The notes: generated by a model from the letters alone, not told the origin. A stretch of 64,000 nucleotides of DNA from Eledone cirrhosa (GCA_964016885.1 OZ024750.1:16120001-16184000), one strand, 5' to 3'; counted from the stretch's first letter, positions 27,230 through 43,204 are shown. Numbers and translations are program-made.

Positions 27230-27231
<2 letters not shown>
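26790..27231. mobile_element. Imperfect fold-back element carrying an HHR (family C)
   Basis: Inverted repeat 26957-27231 with ~100-bp arms, ending in (TA)n. Confidence 0.6.
27107..27183 (+). ncRNA. Hammerhead motif with extended stem II (family C), probably inactive
   Basis: AGUUAC-CUGAUGA-AAU...AUU-GAAA-UAUGUA-CA-GUGAUU, with a U-to-C change at the cleavage triplet. The mirror arm keeps UA but has GAGA. Confidence 0.55.
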
Positions 27232-27277
<46 letters not shown>

Positions 27278-27383
27278 CTTTATATGTACTTCTCTCTATA
27301 TACTGATTTATAAAGAACTCGGGGGAATCTATTCTTTGAGTTCATTAAATTATAGGGGATTAACGCGAGTCTTTAACTCCTTT

Positions 27384-27421
<38 letters not shown>

Positions 27422-27582
27422 TTAGAAACACACAGATATATATATATATATATATATAGAAGTGGTTACACAACAGTTAGGTCCCCATACCAAGAACAAT
27501 TGTTTCACCTTCGCAGATCTTCAGCTCGAGATATATATATATATATAGGATGTGTGTTTACGTAAATATAGGAATGCATATA

Positions 27583-27614
<32 letters not shown>

Positions 27615-28264
27615 GAGAGAGAGAGAAGCGTGAGTGTGTGAACGTGTTTGAAGGTGTGTGTATCTGTTCTTGCAGAGAAATATACGGGGAAGAGGAGGTG
27701 TGACAAAAGGAAACCAATTCTATAGTCACGTCAACATCTTTTATGCTTCATGTTTGAGAGACAGAGGCAGATAGAGGCGGCAGAGAGCGATAGACATAAC
27801 ATAGAGAGAGAGAGTGAGAGAGGTAAACAGACATAGAGAGGGGACAGCGAACAGACATGGGGGTAGACAGAGGCAGTGGTAAATTGACATAGAGAGAGGG
27901 GGAATAGACAGACAGCGACAGACAAATATGGAGAGGTGGAAGGGAGGGAGAATGAGAAAGATAGACAGACGAGGAGACGAAGAGATAGACAAGAGATGGA
28001 TAGATGGATGAAGATAAAACAAATGGACCAAGAGGGACGAAGAAATAAATAGATAGGCAGAGCGATCCGAAGACAGAGAGGCAGACAGTAAGAGAGAGAA
28101 AAGAATGGAAAGAGAATGGGGGGGGGGGGAGACAGAAAGATAGGAGAGTACTGGGTTTCGTATTCAATAGAGTAAGTATTTTAGAAATGAAAATTAAGTG
28201 TTTGTGGGAAAATAAAGATAAACAACTTCAGTCACGAGTGTTTATTAGACACAAAAACAACAAC

Positions 28265-28312
<48 letters not shown>

Positions 28313-28438
28313 AGTTATATTTAAATTGTTGGGTTAACAACGAGTAAATATTTATAACTGATATAAAAGCACTCAACAAGTATTTGGAGTATATTTATGA
28401 TATTAAATAAATGGAAACTATATTTATAAAACCATATT

Positions 28439-28504
28439 TATTTCGTTATATATATTTCAGGGATATCATATTAACAATATGTTATGCCATCTTCAGACAA
28501 AATA
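28439..28504 (-). ncRNA. Type I hammerhead motif (mirror copy)
   Basis: Reverse complement of 28665-28730. Confidence 0.65.
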
Positions 28505-28664
28505 CAATATAAACAGTCTTATAAATAAATAGATACGACATACCTTTCAATCACCTTGCATTTGTGAGGTTGATTTGGCAGATCAACCTCACAAATCAAC
28601 CTCACAAATGCAAGGTGATTGAAAGGTATGTCGTATCTATTTATTTATAAGACTGTTTATATTG

Positions 28665-28730
28665 TATTTTGTCTGAAGATGGCATAACATATTGTTAATA
28701 TGATATCCCTGAAATATATATAACGAAATA
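28665..28730 (+). ncRNA. Type I hammerhead motif (family A, CUGAAGA core)
   Basis: UAUUUUGU-CUGAAGA-UGGCAUAACAUAUU GUU AAUAUGAUAUCCCU-GAAA-UAUAUA-UA-ACGAAAUA. Confidence 0.65.
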
Positions 28731-28761
28731 AATATGGTTTTATAAATATAGTTTCCATTTA

Positions 28762-28822
<61 letters not shown>

Positions 28823-29006
28823 ACGTATGTGTGTTTATGAATATGTATGTATGTATGTATGTATGTATCCCTATGCTTCAAAAGTGTTAACATAGCAGTG
28901 GTGAAGAAGCAGATGATGATGATGATCGTTGTACTGGAAACGGATATACATACGCATTACGTTATCAATTAATTTATCGTGTGTGTGTATATATATATAT
29001 ATATAA

Positions 29007-29042
<36 letters not shown>

Positions 29043-29094
29043 ATAATCGAGTGCTCACCCGGGTGAACCTACAGTAACTCCGTTACACTCCCTG

Positions 29095-29202
<108 letters not shown>

Positions 29203-29394
29203 TAAAAGGACGATTGATTATTCCTTCATTGCATATATACACGCACATAGATATACATGTTGTCCCCCCAAAAATGTATACACACTCCAACATCATCCTA
29301 ATAAATATTGCCAGTACAGGTAATCTAAGTGTGTATACAGTTTGAGGACACGTTGTACATGTGTGTCTGTGTGTGTGTGTATATATATATTTTC

Positions 29395-29435
<41 letters not shown>

Positions 29436-29709
29436 AATATACAACAAAGACATTTACATCTATTACAAAACTCACAAGGATCATTCAGGTTAATGAATGA
29501 ATATAACAACAATAAAGTTGCTATATACAGATAGATATATGTGTACATATCTACGTACGCGTGTATATATTGTTCGGATTCTCATACGTCGAATTCGACG
29601 GGAAGTCCATCATGTCTGTGCGTGAATGCATGTGTCTTTTTAGACCACTTATTCCAGGCTGGGATGTGGGAACAAAGTCCTTAAGCAGGCCTTCCAGCGG
29701 ATCGTACAC

Positions 29710-29787
<78 letters not shown>

Positions 29788-30243
29788 ATATATACACACA
29801 CACACACACACACAACCACATGTATAAATATGTATTATATATATCATCTTCCGCCGAGTTTACACTCGCAACAAAAGTGTATATTTATATATACTATATA
29901 TATAAAATATATAAGTACGAATATACATATATTTTCGAATATATAAACATAAATAGGTATGTATATTATATATGATATATATATATTCATATATCTGGTG
30001 TATGTGTGTGTTTGTACAAGAAAACGGAAACGAATTATTACAATATTATATATATCGCAAAGGCTAAATTCTTTAAAAACACATTACAGCACTTATGCTC
30101 ATCCATACATCAACACGCGACAAGACAATATAGTAAACATATAAACACAACATGCTACTATCTTATTAAGATAGCAGTTGACTTATTAACGTTGTTATTT
30201 CAACTAATGACCAACAAGGGTGTATATAATCAAATGTGTGTAT

Positions 30244-30292
<49 letters not shown>

Positions 30293-30349
30293 GATGCATA
30301 AAGGTCTTGCTGAACACACAAGCCGAAATCGCTTGGAGCCGCTGTCAGG

Positions 30350-30411
<62 letters not shown>

Positions 30412-30556
30412 TATAGAATAATAATAGTAATAAACGAAAGATATATACTTTACATCATCTCTATTAATTTTATTATATATATTTCGAAACACACACACAC
30501 ATACACATATGCATTTATATATACACACACACACACATTTATATATACACACACAC

Positions 30557-30597
<41 letters not shown>

Positions 30598-30768
30598 TAT
30601 ACACACTCATTTTTATATATGCAATTATACACACACACACACATATATACATTTATATATACACACACACATATATATATATATACATTTATATATACAC
30701 ACATGTACATAGATATATGCATACATATATATATATATATAATATATATATATATATATGTGTGTGTA

Positions 30769-30806
<38 letters not shown>

Positions 30807-30909
30807 CATCATCGTTTTTACGTCTGCTTTCCCATGCTTGCAGGGATTGGATGGGTCCTACTCAGCATGCCATCTATCCACTTGCCACGTTCATCCTCTC
30901 TTCTGCCAG

Positions 30910-31870
30910 TTTTATAGTTCTCCAAGCCATAACAAAGGAGTCTAAGATTGGCTGCCCATGGGAACTTCTATATGCTGACGATCTGGTATTTATAGAAGAA
31001 TCAGTAGAGGAGCTAGACAATAAATTCTGGCTGTGGAAACAGCAGTTAGAATCAGAAGGACTGAGAGTGAACCTAGCAAAGACTAAAGTGTTGATAAGTA
31101 GGAAAGAGGAGAAGATTCTGATTCTATCAGGGAAATGGCCATGTTCAATATGTAGAAAAGGAGTTGGCATAAACTCTATAAAATGTACACAATGCAAATC
31201 TTGGGTACACAAGAGGTTTTAGTGGGATAGCAGGCAAAACTAACAGGAAAGGAAAGCTTTATGTAGTAGAAGTTTAGGAAAAATTGATAGTAGAAGTGTC
31301 AATGATAGGTACAGTTTTCAAATGCAGGTAGAATCTATAGAGGTGGAAGATAGCTTCCAATATCTAGGTGATCAAATGTGGATGCTTCAAAGCCATAGTA
31401 TCTTGAATAAGGACAGGATGGAAGAAGTTTAGGGAGCTGCTTCCTCTGTTAACAACAAAGAGTTTCTCGAAACGTTGGTTGTATGAGATGCACAATGCAG
31501 CATAGTGAGAAATGGACTGCAACTGCAGAGGATATGCGAAGGCTGGAGAGAAATGAAGCAAGCATGCTTCGATGAATGTGCAATGTCAATGTGCGACCAA
31601 GCATGGACAAGTTGAGAGAGAAACTGTGTATAAGAGGGATAAGCTGAGTGCAGGAGAGAGGACTGCATTGGTATGGACATGTGATGCATATAGATAATGA
31701 CTGCTGGGTGAAGAAGTGACAAGTAATCCCAGTGGAAGGAAGACACAGTAGTAGACCATGGAAAACATAGGCGGAAGTCGTGAGAGCTGACCTCAGATCG
31801 CTAAAGCTCAGAGGAGATGATGAAAAACCATGATGAATGGAGGGATGCTGTGCAAGCAGGGAAAAGCGAA
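30910..31870 (+). mobile_element. Decayed RTE-like LINE (RT and 3' end)
   Basis: ELLYADDLV, GLRVNLAKTKV and Cys-rich WPCSICRKGVG..CTQCKSWVH. The 3' end is homologous to 157-380. Confidence 0.85.
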
Positions 31871-32085
31871 CATGTGTCTTCATGCATTTTACTACGTTTG
31901 GTCAGTCCACTCACTGACTTGCAAATTAAACCACACTCACTGCAAATGTACTGTGGAATGTGTGGTGGAAGAACCATCTCACAGTTGGCTTCATTTCTCC
32001 CCAGCTTGTGTAATTTCAGATGGTTAACAAAACAGAAATCTACCACATATACTGTACCTCAATTCCTACTAGATTTTTGCAGGCA

Positions 32086-32484
32086 TTGAACTTGAGCCGC
32101 GCTTCAAAACAGTATACTCCACTCGTTTTGTCTCAAAGACATCACATCCATTTTTCATCATCTTTTTCCATGAAGTACAGCCTTCAGCCAGTCTCTCCCA
32201 GTTCTCCATATCAATCTTCATTGAACTTGAGCCGCGCTTCAAAACAGTATACTCCACTCGTTTTGTCTCAAAGACATCACATCCATTTTTCCTCATCTTT
32301 TTCCATGAAGTACAGCCTTCAGCCAGTCTCTCCCAGTTCTCCATATCAATCTTCATTGAACTTGAGCCGCGCTTCAAAACAGTATACTCCACTCGTTTTG
32401 TCTCAAAGACATCACATCCATTTTTCATCATCCATGAAGTACAGCCTTCAGCCAGTCTCTCCCAGTTCTCCATATCAATCTTCA
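32086..32484. repeat. 3 x 135-bp tandem repeat inside the LINE
   Basis: Units start at 32086, 32221 and 32356. The third unit has a 6-bp deletion. Confidence 0.9.
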
Positions 32485-32741
32485 GAGCTTTGAGATTGTC
32501 TTTTATAAACATCCTTAAACTGCTTCTTTGGTTTAGTCTGTGGCCTTTTACCTCTGCTCAGCTCAACATAAAACAAACTGTTTAGCTAGCCTTCTATCAT
32601 CCATCCTGACCACATGACCAGCCCCAACACATCTGGTTCATAATAATCCTCCTCTCAATTTATGGTGCTACCCACTTTCTCAAGTACTGCAGCAGCAGGT
32701 GTGTAAGGGACCACTTGATATTCAGGATGAATTGTCCCTAT

Positions 32742-33392
32742 ACAAAAAAAAAAGAGAAAAGCAAAAAAAAAAACAAACACAAGACAAAAAAAAAAAAAAA
32801 AAAACAAAAAACAAAAAAAAAAAAAGCAAAAAAAAAAAAACAAAAAAAAAAAGTGAAAAAAATAAAATAAAGACCAAACAAGAAAAAAAAAAAAAATAAA
32901 ACGAAAAAACAACACAAAAACAGACAAAAAAAAAAAAAAAAAAAAAAAACAAAAAAAACAAAAAAAAAAAAAAAACAAGAAAAAAAGACAAACAATACAA
33001 AAGAAAACAAAAATAAGAAAAACAAAAATAAAAAATCAACAAGTAAAGAAAAAAGAAACAAAAAAAGAAAACAAAAAAATAGAAAAAAACAGAAAAAAAA
33101 AAAAAAAAAAGCAAAAAAAAAACTAAAAAAAAAGACCAAAAAAAGAAAAGAAAAAACTACAATAAAAAAAAAAAAAAAAGCAGCAAAAAAAAAAAAAAAC
33201 AAATAAAAAAAAAGCAAATAAATCAAAAAGCAAAACAAAACAAGAAAAGAAAAAAACCAATAAGAAAAAGAAAAAACAAAAAAAATAAAAAGCTAAATAT
33301 GAAAAAAAAAAAAAAACAAGATAAAAAAAAAAAAAAAAACAAAACACAAAAAAGTCAAAAAAAAAAAAAAAAAAAAAAAGATCAAAAAAATA
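32742..33392. repeat. A-rich low-complexity tract
   Basis: Aperiodic A runs with scattered C/G/T. Confidence 0.9.
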
Positions 33393-34400
33393 CCGGGGGG
33401 GGTGAGGGAGGAGGGGGTAAAGCAAAAACATACAATGCTGATGAAATCTTTCCAACTGTCTGATATGATGCCTGTAAGTTGTCCACGTTTCACATCCATA
33501 TAGCATACATATATATATATATATATATGCATACATATAATATATATATATATGTATGCATATATATATATATATATATGCATACATATATATATATATA
33601 TATATGCATACATATATATATATATATATGCATACATATATATATATGCATACATATATATATGCATACATATATATATATGCATACATATATATATATA
33701 TATGCATACATATATATATGCATACATATACATATATATGCATACATATACATATATATATGCATACATATACATATGCATACATATACATATATATATG
33801 CATACATATACATATATATATGCATACATATATATATATATATGCATACATATATATATATATATATGCATACATATATATATATATATATATGCATACA
33901 TATATATATATATATGCATACATATATAATATATATATATGCATACATATATATATATATATATGCATACATATATATATAATATATATGCATACATATA
34001 TATATATATATATGCATACATATATATATATATATATGCATACATATATATATATATATATGCATACATATATATATATATATATGCATACATATATATA
34101 TATATATATGCATACATATATATATATATATATATAGCATACATATATATATATATATATGCATACATATATATATATATATATGCATACATATATATAT
34201 ATATATATGCATACATATATATATATATATGCATACATATATATATATATATATGCATACATATATATATATATATACGCATACATATATATATATATAT
34301 ATGCATACATATATATATATATATACGCATACATATATATATATATATACGCATACATATATATATATATATACGCATACATAATATATATATATATACG

Positions 34401-34440
<40 letters not shown>

Positions 34441-34999
34441 TGCATAGATATATATATATGCATATATATATATATATGCATATATATATATAAATATGCA
34501 TAGATATATATATATGCATACATATATATATATATATGCATACATATATATATATGCATACAGAAATATATATATATATATATATGTAAATATGCATACA
34601 TATATATATATATGCATACATATATATATATATATGCATACATATATATATATATATGCATACATATATATATATATATATATATACAAATATGCATACA
34701 TAAATATATATATATGCATACATATATATATGCATACATATATATATATATATATATATGCATATATATATATATATATATATATATGCATATATATATA
34801 TATATTATATATATGTAAATATGCATACATATATTATATGCATACATATATATATATATGCATACATATATATATATATGTAAATATGCATACATATATA
34901 TATATATATATACATACATATGGATATGTATTCCAGGGATAACTTGAACTGTTAAGGTATATTATCCTTGGTGATGTCAAATATTTATAAAACATTTTG

Positions 35000-35060
35000 T
35001 ATTTTATCTGATGATAGCGTACCAAAATTTTTGGTACCCTTGAAATATATATATAGAATA
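35000..35060 (+). ncRNA. Hammerhead motif (family A variant)
   Basis: CUGAUGA at 35008, stem II GUACCAAAA/UUUUGGUAC, GAAA at 35042, family-A downstream flank. The stem I/III register is off by one nucleotide. Confidence 0.55.
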
Positions 35061-37257
35061 AATATGGTTTTATAAATATAGTTTCCATTTATTTAATATC
35101 ATTGTATATATGCATACATATATACATACATACATGCATACATATATATATATATATATGTAAATATGCATACATATATATAATATATGCATACATATAT
35201 ATATATGCATACATATATACATGCATACATACATATATACATATATGCATACATATATACATATATGCATACATATATACATATATGAATACATAATATA
35301 TGCATACATATATCATATATGCATACATATATACATATATGCATACATATATACATATATGCATACATATATACATAATATGCATACATATATACATATA
35401 TGCATACATATATACATATATGCATACATATATACATATATATATGCATACATATATACATATATATATGCATACATTATATACATATATATATGCATAC
35501 ATATATATATATATATGCATACAATATATATATACATATGCATACATATATACATATGCATACATATATACATATGCATACATATATAATATGAGCATAT
35601 GCATACATATATATATGTACACATATATATATATGTACACACATATATATATATGTACACACATTATATATATATGTACACACACATATATATATGTACA
35701 TACATATATATATGTACACATATATATATGTACACATATATATATGTACACATATATATGTACACATATATATATGTACACATATATATATTTACATACA
35801 TATATATATATGTACCACACATATATATATGTACACACATATATATATATGTACACACATATATATATGTACACACATATATATATGTACATACATATAT
35901 ATATGTACACACATATATATGTACACACATATATATGTACACATATATATATGTACACATATATATATGTACACATATATATATACAGATATACATATAT
36001 ATATACAGATATACATATATATATATACATATATGTATATACATATATATATATGTAGATATATATATATACATATATGTATATACATATATATATATAT
36101 GTAGATATATATATATACATATATGTATATACATATATATATATGTATATACATATATATATATGTAGATATATATATATACATATATGTATATACATAT
36201 ATATATATGTAGATATATATATATACATATATGTATATACATATATATATATGTAGATATATATATACATATATGTATATACATATATATATATGTATAT
36301 ACATATATTATATATGTAGATATATATATATATATATACATATATGTATATACATATATATATATGTATATACATATATATATATGTAGATATATATATA
36401 TATATATACATATATGTATATACATATATATATATGTATATACATATATATATATGTATATACATATATATATGTAGATATATATATATATATACATATA
36501 TGTATATACATATATATATATGTATATAACATATATATATATGTAGATATATATATATATATACATATATGTATATACATATATAGTTTCGTTGTCAAGT
36601 ATATCAATGTGCACAGACACGCAGATATATTGCCTTGGTATATTAGATTTAAGGTATTTATCACAGACTGCCTATGCGGATACATCTCCGGGCTGTATGT
36701 TTTGGAAACAGTATTATATCGGCTAATGCTTGGAACTGGAACCAATGGATGTTGTTCATAGTGTGCTGGTACGATATGGAGAATCGACCTGTAACAAGGC
36801 GATATAACTGGAGTACACCATCCATCCTATAGACAACAATCCCACATGTAAAGTTGCACCAACCGCTAACCAACTATTCTTCTCACGGGCTCATGCTTGC
36901 AAGCTCTCTTAATCTGCCTGTACATCCTGTATTTGCACTGCTTGTGAAGTGATGTGTCTATGCTTTGCTTAGTTTTGTATTTTTTTGTTGTTTTTGATCA
37001 TGCTGAGTAACACCCTCACTCATTTCTTGCTACCCTCACTCATTTCTTGCTATCCTCTCCCAATCTCCTTATCATCTATTGCACCATTTATGTGATAAAT
37101 TTTTGATGTAGTTTTTTATGACATTATGTGCATCATGTATTGTGTATTTTTCTATATAGCGCTGGCCTCGGGACCCCCCCCCCCCCTACTGGTCCTTTGA
37201 CCTTGTTCTGATGACTGAGCTTGATGGAGCCTGCAACTTTTGATATACTCTTGTTTA

Positions 37258-37306
37258 TAGCTCTGATGATTCCTGCCATAGGGTATGGATGAAACAATGT
37301 TAGCTA
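37258..37306 (+). ncRNA. Type I hammerhead ribozyme motif
   Basis: UAGCU-CUGAUGA-UUCCUGCC AUAG GGUAUGGAU-GAAA-C AAU G-UU-AGCUA followed by AAUAAA. Stem I can extend to about 37251/37315. Confidence 0.7.
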
Positions 37307-37544
37307 ATAAAACAATGTATTTCTAAGCACTCTTTGGTTATTCCTAAACTTATTACATATATATATATATGTGTACTTATAAATATACATACATATATAT
37401 ACATATATATATATACATACATATATATATATGTACACATACATACATACATATATACATGCATATATATATATATACATACATACATATACAGATATAC
37501 ATACATATATATACAGATATACATACATATATATACAGATATAC

Positions 37545-37581
<37 letters not shown>

Positions 37582-39277
37582 AACAGACATATTTACATAT
37601 ATATTTACACACACACACGTATTTATATATTTATATATACATATACATACATACATATATAACATTTAAAATAAGACCAACGACTTAATTATATCATTTC
37701 CTAATAAACACAACGTTTCTTCTCCTAATTAAAATAAGATATATTTAACAGTCTTTGCTGTTAAAAATCAATGTAAAATTCAGTGTAATATTTGCTCTCT
37801 TAGTGTACTTCAATATTTGAAACAAGGAGTTCATACAAGTAAATCTTGTATTTAGCCTTCTCAGTGGTTTACTGTAATAAATCTCATACTTTCAGCTGTA
37901 GTACCTTCTTCACCTACCCTTATTTGTTTTCCTATTTCAAAACGATTTATTTTAAATTAATTTCTATACAATGTGTATATGTGTGTATATGTGTGTGTGT
38001 GTGTGTGGTCTGTGTGTATATACACGTATATATACATATGTATATATACACATGTATGTACATATATATATACGTATGTATGTACATATATATACATATA
38101 AATACACATATGTATATATATACATATATATATACATATATAAACACATGTATATATATACATATATATATATATATACACATGTATATATATACATATA
38201 TATATATATATACACATGTATATATATACATATATATACACATATGTATATATATACATATATATATACATATACATATACACATATGTATATATATACA
38301 TATACACATATGTATATAATAGATATACACATATGTATATATATACATATACACATATGTATATATATCATATACACATGTGTATATATATGTATATATA
38401 TATATACATGTATATATATACATATATATACACATGTATATATATACATATATATATACATGTATATATATACATATATATACACATGTATATATATACA
38501 TATATATACACATGTATATATATACATATATATATACATGTATATATATACATATATATACACATGTATATATATACATATATATACACATGTATATATA
38601 TACATATATATACACATGTATATATATACATATATACACATGTATATATATACATATATATACACATGTATATATATACATATATATACACATGTATATA
38701 TATACATATATATACACATGTATATATTATACATATATATACACATGTATATATATACATATATATACACATGTATATATATACATATATATACACATGT
38801 ATATATATACATATATATACACATGTATATATAATTCATATATATTACACATGTATATATATACATATATATATACATATATATACACATATATATACAC
38901 ATTTATATATACACATGTATATATATACATATATATACACATGTATATATATACATATATATACACATGTATATATATACATATATATACACATGTATAT
39001 ATATACATATATATACACATGTATATATATACATATATATACACATGTATATATATACATATATACACATGTATATATATATATATATATACACATATGT
39101 ATATATATACATATATATACATATGTATATATATACATATATATACATATGTATATATATACATATATACACATATATATATACATATATACACATATAT
39201 ATATACATATATACACATATATATATATACAATATATACACATATATACACATATATATACACACATATATATACAC

Positions 39278-39315
<38 letters not shown>

Positions 39316-39736
39316 GAGTATATATACACATACATATGCATACATATATCTATGTTTATATACATATATATATATATATTTCTACATAATATATATAATA
39401 CAATCTATGTGTATATATATATATATACATGTGTGTGTGTTTATATAAACATAGATATATAATATATAATTAATATAATATATATATATATATATGTGTG
39501 TGTGCTTACAATCGTGAGGTTACGTGTTCGAGTGTTGGCTCGGTTTTGCGTTGTGCTCTTGAGCAAGACACGTCACTTCACGTTGCCCCAGTTCACTGAG
39601 CTGTAGAAATGAGTTTTCGACGTCAATGGTGGCTTTTCCTAGAACAAGGGAGACTGGTATACAAACAACCTTGCTCCGAGGAGGACCTTTTATGTGCAAG
39701 TCTCATGCCCATTGATGATCGAGTGGGTCTTTAGCC

Positions 39737-39801
<65 letters not shown>

Positions 39802-39963
39802 AGAAAGTATGACCCCGACGGCAGAGCTCAAGCCGTTTCGACGGCTATTTCTGGACCCACTCTACTACCCTAAATATTGAGTACTCTGGTGCGTTTTGGT
39901 CCATCTGGTTCCTTACCACAACTCATTCGTTATATTTATATATATATATATATATATATATAC

Positions 39964-40270
39964 ACGATATTAAACAAATGGAAACTATATTTATAAAACC
40001 ATATTTATTTCATTATACATATTTCAGGGATACCATATTAAAAATATGGCATGCCTTCAGATAAAATACATTTTATCTGAATTTCTGAAGAAGGCATGCC
40101 ATATTTTTAATATGGTATCCTGAAATATGTATAATGAAATAAATATGGTTTTATAAATATAGTTTCCATTTGTTTAATATCGTATATCTACTCCAAAACT
40201 TGTTGACTGCTTTATATCAGTTATAAAATATTTACTCGTTGTAACCCAACAATTTTAAATAAAACTTTTG

Positions 40271-40272
<2 letters not shown>
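39964..40272 (+). mobile_element. Fold-back HHR element, family A (~97-bp arms)
   Basis: Inverted repeat 39964-40183 plus the same tail, with (TA)n flanks. Confidence 0.75.
40081..40140 (+). ncRNA. Hammerhead motif (family A), 5' side of stem I rearranged
   Basis: CUGAAGA-AGGCAUGCCAUAUU UUU AAUAUGGUAUCCU-GAAA-UAUGUA-UA-AUGAAAU. Confidence 0.55.
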
Positions 40273-40302
<30 letters not shown>

Positions 40303-40306
40303 CGTA

Positions 40307-40347
<41 letters not shown>

Positions 40348-40348
<1 letters not shown>

Positions 40349-40716
40349 CAAAATAACAGGAGGTATGTTCTGGTATAAATCCTTGAAAGGTTTATTTTAC
40401 TATGATCAGTTCAGTATGAATGCGGTGACATCATAAGGTAATTCAAAATATAACGAAGGAATATATCAGATAGAAATCTTTGGTGTTTAAATCAGAGACA
40501 AGAGGTTGGTCGACGTAAATACAAATCACTAAAATACCGGCCGCCCTCTTGTCTTTGATTTAAACACCAAAGATTTTTATCTGATATATTTATTCGTTAT
40601 ATTTTGAATTACCTGATGATGTCACCGGATTCATACTGAACTGATCATAGTAAAATAAACCTTTCAAGCATTTACACCTGAACATGCCTCATGTTATTTT
40701 CCGTACTCGCACCACC
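40348..40716. mobile_element. Imperfect fold-back element in (TA)n
   Basis: ~160-bp inverted arms around a ~30-bp spacer at about 40510-40540. Confidence 0.65.
40609..40653 (+). ncRNA. Degenerate hammerhead-like motif
   Basis: UUAC-CUGAUGA-(weak stem II)-GAAC-UGAUCA-UA-GUAA then AAUAAA. GAAA is changed to GAAC in both arms. Confidence 0.35.
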
Positions 40717-41298
40717 ATATAATACATATATATATATATATATATAATACATATATATATAATACATATATATATTATAATATAACATATATAATACATA
40801 TATATATATAATACATATATAATATATATATATATATATATAATATATATATAATACATATATAATATATATATATATAAAATATATAATAATATATAAT
40901 ATATATATAATACATATATAATATATATATAATACATATATAATATATATATATATAATACATATATAATATATATATATATATATAATACATATATAAT
41001 ATATATATATATATATATAACATATATAATATATATATATATATAATACATATATAATATATATACTATATATATAATACATATATAAATATATATATAT
41101 AATACATATATAATATATTATATATATAATACATATATAATATATATATATAATACATATATAATATCATATATATAATACATATATATATATAATACAT
41201 ATATATATATATAATACATATATATATATATAATACATATATATATATAAAATACATATATATATATATATAATACATATATATATATATATAATACA

Positions 41299-41334
<36 letters not shown>

Positions 41335-41688
41335 ATACATATATATATATATACAATACATATATATATATAATACAATACATATATATATATATAATAC
41401 ATATATATATATATAATACATATATATATATAATACATATATATATATAATACATATATATATCATATATATATATCATATATATATATATCATATATAT
41501 ATATATCATATATATATATAATACATATTATATACATATATATATATATAATACATATATATATAATACATATATATATATATCATATATATATATATAT
41601 AATACATATATATATATATCATATATATATATATATAATACATATATATATATATCATATATATATATATAATACTATAATATATATC

Positions 41689-41721
<33 letters not shown>

Positions 41722-43170
41722 ATACATATATATATATATATAATACATATATATATATATATAATACATATATATATATATATAATACATATATATATAT
41801 ATATAATACATATATATATATATATAATACATATATATATATATATATAATACATATATATATATATATATAATACATATATATATATATATATAATACA
41901 TATATATATATATATATAATACATATATATATATATATATACATATATATAATACATATATATATATATATAATACATATATATATATATATATTAATAC
42001 ATATATATATATATATAATACATATATATATACATATATATTATATAATACATATATATATATATATAATACATATATATATATATATAATACATATATG
42101 TATATATATATATAATACATATATGTATATATATATAATACATATATGTATATATATATAATACATATATATATATATATATAATACATATATGTATATA
42201 TATATAATACATATATATATATATATTATAATACATATATGTATATATATATAATACATATATGTATATATATATAATACATATATATATATATATATAA
42301 TACATATATATATATATATATATAATACATATATATATATATATATAATACATATATATATATATATATATAATACATATATATATATATATAATACATA
42401 TATATATATATATATAATACATATATATATATATATATAATACATATATATTATATATATAATACATATATATATATATATATAATACATATATATATAT
42501 ATATAATACATATATATATATATATATAATACATATATATATATATATATAATACATATATTATATATATATAATACATATATATATATATATAATACAT
42601 ATATATATATATATATAATATATATAGATATATATAATACATATATATTATATATAATACATATATATATATATATAATACATATATATATATATATATA
42701 ATACATATATATATATATATAATACATATATATATATATATAATACATATATATATATATATAATACATATATATATATATATAATACATATATATATAT
42801 ATTATATATAATACATATATATATATATATATATAATACATATATATATATATATATATATAATACATATATATATATATATATATAATACATATATATA
42901 TATATAATACATATATATATAATATATATATATAATACATATATATAATACATATATATATATATATAATACATATATATATATATAATACATATATATA
43001 TATAATACATATATATATATAATACATATATATATATATAATACATATATATATATATAATACATATATATATATAATACATATATATATATAATACATA
43101 TATATATATAATACATATATATATATATAATACATATATATATATAATACATATATATATATATAATACA

Positions 43171-43204
<34 letters not shown>

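Larger units (their letters stand above)
28308..28769 (-). mobile_element. Fold-back HHR element, family A (178-bp arms)
   Basis: Arms 28400-28577 and 28592-28769. The tail is homologous to 21046-21136. (TA)n flanks. Confidence 0.8.
31870..33505 (-). mobile_element. Decayed RTE-like LINE 3' region, interrupted by an A-rich tract
   Basis: [24 protein letters not shown] (about 33430-33505), KDNLKALKIDMENWERLA, and terminal CSECGLICKSVSGL zinc-finger-like motif. Confidence 0.75.
33505..39495. repeat. (TA)n-derived compound satellites with unique islands
   Basis: GCATACATATA, GTACACATATA, GTAGATATA and CATGTATATA units. Confidence 0.9.
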
